Below are positions 5,688-8,606 of a DNA stretch of 8,606 nt, one piece after another (within the stretch, counting starts at the first letter, position 1; every line of letters begins with the position of its first letter). The notes beneath the pieces are model-generated. The model was given only the letters and a program-made list of their open reading frames with translations. It made no database searches and was not told the origin of the DNA. The translations under genes and the position numbers were made by a program. This stretch comes from Thecamonas trahens ATCC 50062 (lineage: Eukaryota > Protista > Apusomonadida). Location: assembly GCF_000142905.1 (NCBI RefSeq), contig NW_013657592.1, positions 1 through 8,606 on the forward strand. The letters are read 5' to 3'.

Positions 5688-8148
5688 TCATGCAGCAGTC
5701 TGCTTGGAGGAGGCCTTGGAGGCGATCTTGGAGAGGATCTGGCGGCAGTACGTCAGCCTGTTCACCAGGTCCGGCGACTGCTCGACCATGACAGCCTGAA
5801 GGGTGTGGGTCGAGGTGTTGCGCTGCTTGTCGACGTAAGTCACGATCTGGGCCTCGGACGAGAGGATGATCTTGGTGTGGTCAAAGAAGTTGACCTGGAC
5901 GGTCTTGTCGGAGAGGCGGAAGATGATGGCGTGCTTGGTGCGGAGCCACTTTTTGACATAGACCATGCCGGCGGTGGGCGCGTCCTTGGCATCGGGCACG
6001 TTCATGGCCGAGATGCCCGGCGATGAGGCGCGGGTGGAGGAAGAGGACTCGCCGTCCTTGTCTGCGCGCTCGAGGTGCTCCATCAGGTAGTTCTTAAAGT
6101 ACGTGAGGAGCGTCATCTTCTTGTTGAGCGACTCAGGATACTCTTCCATGGTCACAGACTGGGCGAGGTCGCGCGAGCCGGCCGACGACCGCAGCCGCTC
6201 GACGTAGTCGACGTTGGTCCCGTTCGATGAGAGCACAATCTTGGTCGAGTCGTTAAAGTACACGCCGATGGTGCCGTCGGAGAGCTGGTAGCCGAGCCCG
6301 TACTTGTTCGAGTAGTCAACCCACTTGATGACCCACTTTGCCGGCTCGGACGGAATGGCACCGTCGGGTGCCGCTGCCGCCGCCGCCGCCTTGCCCGAGT
6401 TCATCAGGGCAAACGACTTGGTGAGCTTGTCGTGCATGGCGCGGAGCGCGGCCGAGTCGTCATCGTCGGCCTTGGTGGTGCCTGCGCTGCCAGACGATGG
6501 GCGCGCGTCGGCGGCATCAGTGGCGCTCGCCGTGGCCTTGGCCTTGGCCTTGGCCTTGGCCGCGTATCCACCCGAGCCCACGCCATACTTGGCCTTGAGC
6601 GCCTCAGTGTAGTTGGACGAGGCGGCAGCAGAGCGGGCGGAGGCGCGCTCGCCGAGCGGCGCGCGCGACGCGTACTTGGCGGCAATGGCCGCTGCCGACG
6701 ACGAACCGCCGTCGGCGGCGTACTTGTTGGCCAGCGACAAGGTCGACGGCGCAGCGCCATCGGCGCTCGACCCAAACAGCTCCGAATGGAGCGGGGCGCG
6801 CTTGAGCGCCGTCGGCGGGAGTGAGGCTGGGATCGGATTGTCGGAGAAGAACCGATGGGCCTTGATCTCGGCAATGGTGGGGCGGGCCGACGGCCGCGCC
6901 TGCAGCATGGAGCGAATGAGCGACCGGGCCGCCTCTGAGATGGGCTTGTCCGGCGGGAACGAGTACGTGTTGGTCTTGATGAGGTTGTACGTCGTCTTGA
7001 GCTTGGACGTCTCGAAAGGCGGCTTGCCGATAATCATGGTGTAGAGAATGACGCCAATCGACCAGATGTCGACCTCAAACGAGTGCCCGTTGTTGCGCGA
7101 GTCCAGAATCTCCGGTGCAATGTAGTTGGGCGTTCCGCAGATGGTCTTCTTGCGCTCGCCCTTGTGCTCGACCGAGGTGGCGAGGCCAAAGTCTCCGACC
7201 TTGACCTGGAGCTTGTCGTCGATGAACAGATTGCCGAGCTTGAGGTCGCGGTGGATGATGTTGCGTGCATGCATGTACTCGGTAGCCTCGAGCAGCTGCC
7301 ACATGTAGTACGCCACCTCGGGCTCGGTCAGCTGCCGCCGCGCCTTGAGCAGCTCCATGAAAGAGCCGTTGGTGCAGATCTCGAGCAGGATATACACAAA
7401 CTTGGAGTCCTCCATAAACTGAACAAAGCTCACAATGTTCTCGTGGTCCAGCGACCGGTGGAGCTTGATCTCAGACTTGAGCTTGGCACGCGCCCGTGCG
7501 CCGGTAATGGATGACTTGGCCACCACCTTGCCGGCGTACACCTTGCCTGTTGCCATGTCCTGAAACTTGTACACGCGCGCAAAGCCGCCCTACTCTCCCG
7601 CGCAGCCATCCAACCACACATTGCAGTAGCTGTCGTCAGTTCTTTGTCTGCAAGCGCTCCTCTGCTCCCTCTGCCCCCTGCTTGCACCCGCACCAGCGCC
7701 TCCTTCCCGCCTTGCATCCCTATCTACCGCCTCGCTGCGATTTTGTTAAATTTTCAAAAATGCCGGCCGAAAGGCCATAAATTCAAAATTTTCGCCGCCG
7801 CGCGCAACGGCGGCTCACGACGTGGCGAGGCGCACAGGGGACAGGTATGGGGGCTAGCAAAGAGCTATGAGAGCTAGAACAAGCCCAATGGGTAGAGCAT
7901 GCAGTGGAGAACGCAGATATGTGGATGAAGATGGGAAAGAAGCTTACCTTGCCAAGAAGGGCGCCAGTCTTGTACTTGGCGCCCGTGGTGGCGTTTCGGA
8001 CAATGTCCGGAGGCGGCTCCGAGGGCACCTTTGAGCGGGACTTGCGGGCCTTGGTACGGGCAGCAGGGCGAGCAGCTGTAGCCGCTGCAGTGCGACGAGA
8101 GAGAGGGTTGTACACGCCCGCGGTTTGCGTGCGGATAGGGTACGACAT
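5688..8148 (-). CDS. PLK1: Polo-like serine/threonine kinase (PLK1/Polo/Cdc5 type), 2 exons: 8148-7948 and 7589-5688, about 700 aa
   Basis: Splicing rebuilds the Gly-rich loop LLGK|GGFARVY. Kinase motifs AGK, HRDLKLGN, DFG and T-loop GERKKTICGTPNYIAPE are present. Two polo boxes follow (~6338-5730): KWVDYSNKYGLGYQLSDGTIGVYFNDSTK and KWLRTKHAIIFRLSDKTVQVNFFDHTKIIL, with the His/Lys phospho-pincer (HTK). Confidence 0.97.
7590..7947 (-). other. GT-AG spliceosomal intron of the PLK gene (358 nt, phase 0)
   Basis: Donor AAG|GTAAGC at 7947, acceptor GTAG|GGC at 7590, branch-like ACTGAC at 7640-7635. Removal restores the GKGGF loop in frame. Confidence 0.95.
7740..7810 (-). promoter_or_regulatory. 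Candidate cell-cycle cis-regulatory module (two CHR-like TTTGAA, an adjacent E2F/CDE-like GC box, a Myb-like CAACGG) in the PLK intron
   Basis: AT-rich island in GC-rich DNA. Plus strand has ttcaaa at 7753-7758 and 7782-7787 and caacgg at 7805-7810. Minus strand reads GCGCGCGGCGGCGAAAATTTTGAA. Function is inferred. Confidence 0.4.
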
Positions 8149-8306
8149 GGTCGACAACGGGGGCGAGACAAGTTGTCCTCTCCTCTCGCCTCCCCCTCAC
8201 TGCCGCCCTCCCCACTGACTCGCTCCGTCCGTCGCTCTGGGCCAACGGCGCCCATCCGAACCGACTCGTTTCCATCGGCCTGTCACGGCGGACCCGAGCG
8301 GAGCTT

Positions 8307-8340
8307 CCCCCCCTCCCACCCCCTCCCACCCCCCCCCCCC
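8307..8340. repeat. Poly-C/poly-G-rich low-complexity tract upstream of PLK
   Basis: ttccccccctcccaccccctcccacccccccccccc. Confidence 0.8.
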
Positions 8341-8363
8341 AAGACCAACATGACCATTGTCCA

Positions 8364-8439
8364 TCAGTACAGCCAGGGATTTTGTCTGGGTAGATCAAAA
8401 TGTCCAGTGCCCATGATCTTGAGCTCATCGGCTTGGTAG
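8364..8439 (-). CDS. Possible terminal exon of an upstream minus-strand gene (YQADELKIMGTGHFDLPRQNPWLY*), product unknown
   Basis: On the minus strand (CA)n-CTGAT-TGCAG| resembles a branch point plus acceptor (AG 8441-8440), with a possible donor CAA|GTGTGT at 8594. No family recognised and the frame is uncertain. Confidence 0.25.
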
Positions 8440-8448
8440 CTGCAATCA

Positions 8449-8479
8449 GTGTGTGTGTGTGTGTGTGAGAGTGTGTGTG
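8449..8479. repeat. Imperfect (GT)n/(CA)n microsatellite
   Basis: gtgtgtgtgtgtgtgtgtgagagtgtgtgtg. Confidence 0.9.
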
Positions 8480-8606
8480 ATGGGGCTGGCCGTGCTCGCT
8501 CGACTCGACTCTGTTGGGTGGTCGGCAAACGGTGGTGGGTATGCGCAGGTCGTTGTGCAGGGCGAGGTGCGAGGTGGGGTAAACATAGACACACTTGTCT
8601 TGTGGA

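Noticed and set aside
5805-7514. Several plus-strand and off-frame ORFs overlapping PLK
   Set aside because: Antisense and off-frame shadows typical of high-GC coding DNA, with no recognisable motifs.
7765-7776. GGCC-GAAA-GGCC hairpin resembling hammerhead ribozyme stem II
   Set aside because: The flanking catalytic core (CUGAnGA before, GAAA after) is absent, and the GNRA loop is on the non-transcribed strand of PLK.

Overview
GC-rich, gene-dense, intron-poor eukaryotic draft DNA with two N gaps (2002-2504, 4220-4926). The style suggests a protist such as an apusomonad, but that is only a guess. Four genes are supported. (1) A 5'-truncated + strand single-pass membrane protein: long (PTPA)n mucin-like stalk, small extracellular domain, TM helix, cytoplasmic SH3 and a (PKP)n tail, interrupted by two apparent 1-nt frameshifts. 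(2) NEDD1/GCP-WD, the gamma-tubulin ring complex adaptor, on the + strand; it is split by both gaps and contains a 367-bp duplication that is probably an artefact. (3) A stand-alone ubiquitin-like protein that stops exactly before the Gly-Gly. (4) A two-exon Polo-like kinase on the - strand. The most interesting signals are an AT-rich island in the PLK intron with CHR/E2F/Myb-like motifs, physical linkage of Polo kinase to its known substrate NEDD1, the GG-less lysine-poor Ubl between them, a natural Cys67->Val-equivalent in the kinase, and the mucin-TM-SH3 architecture. All alignments were done by eye from remembered sequences; no database search was run.
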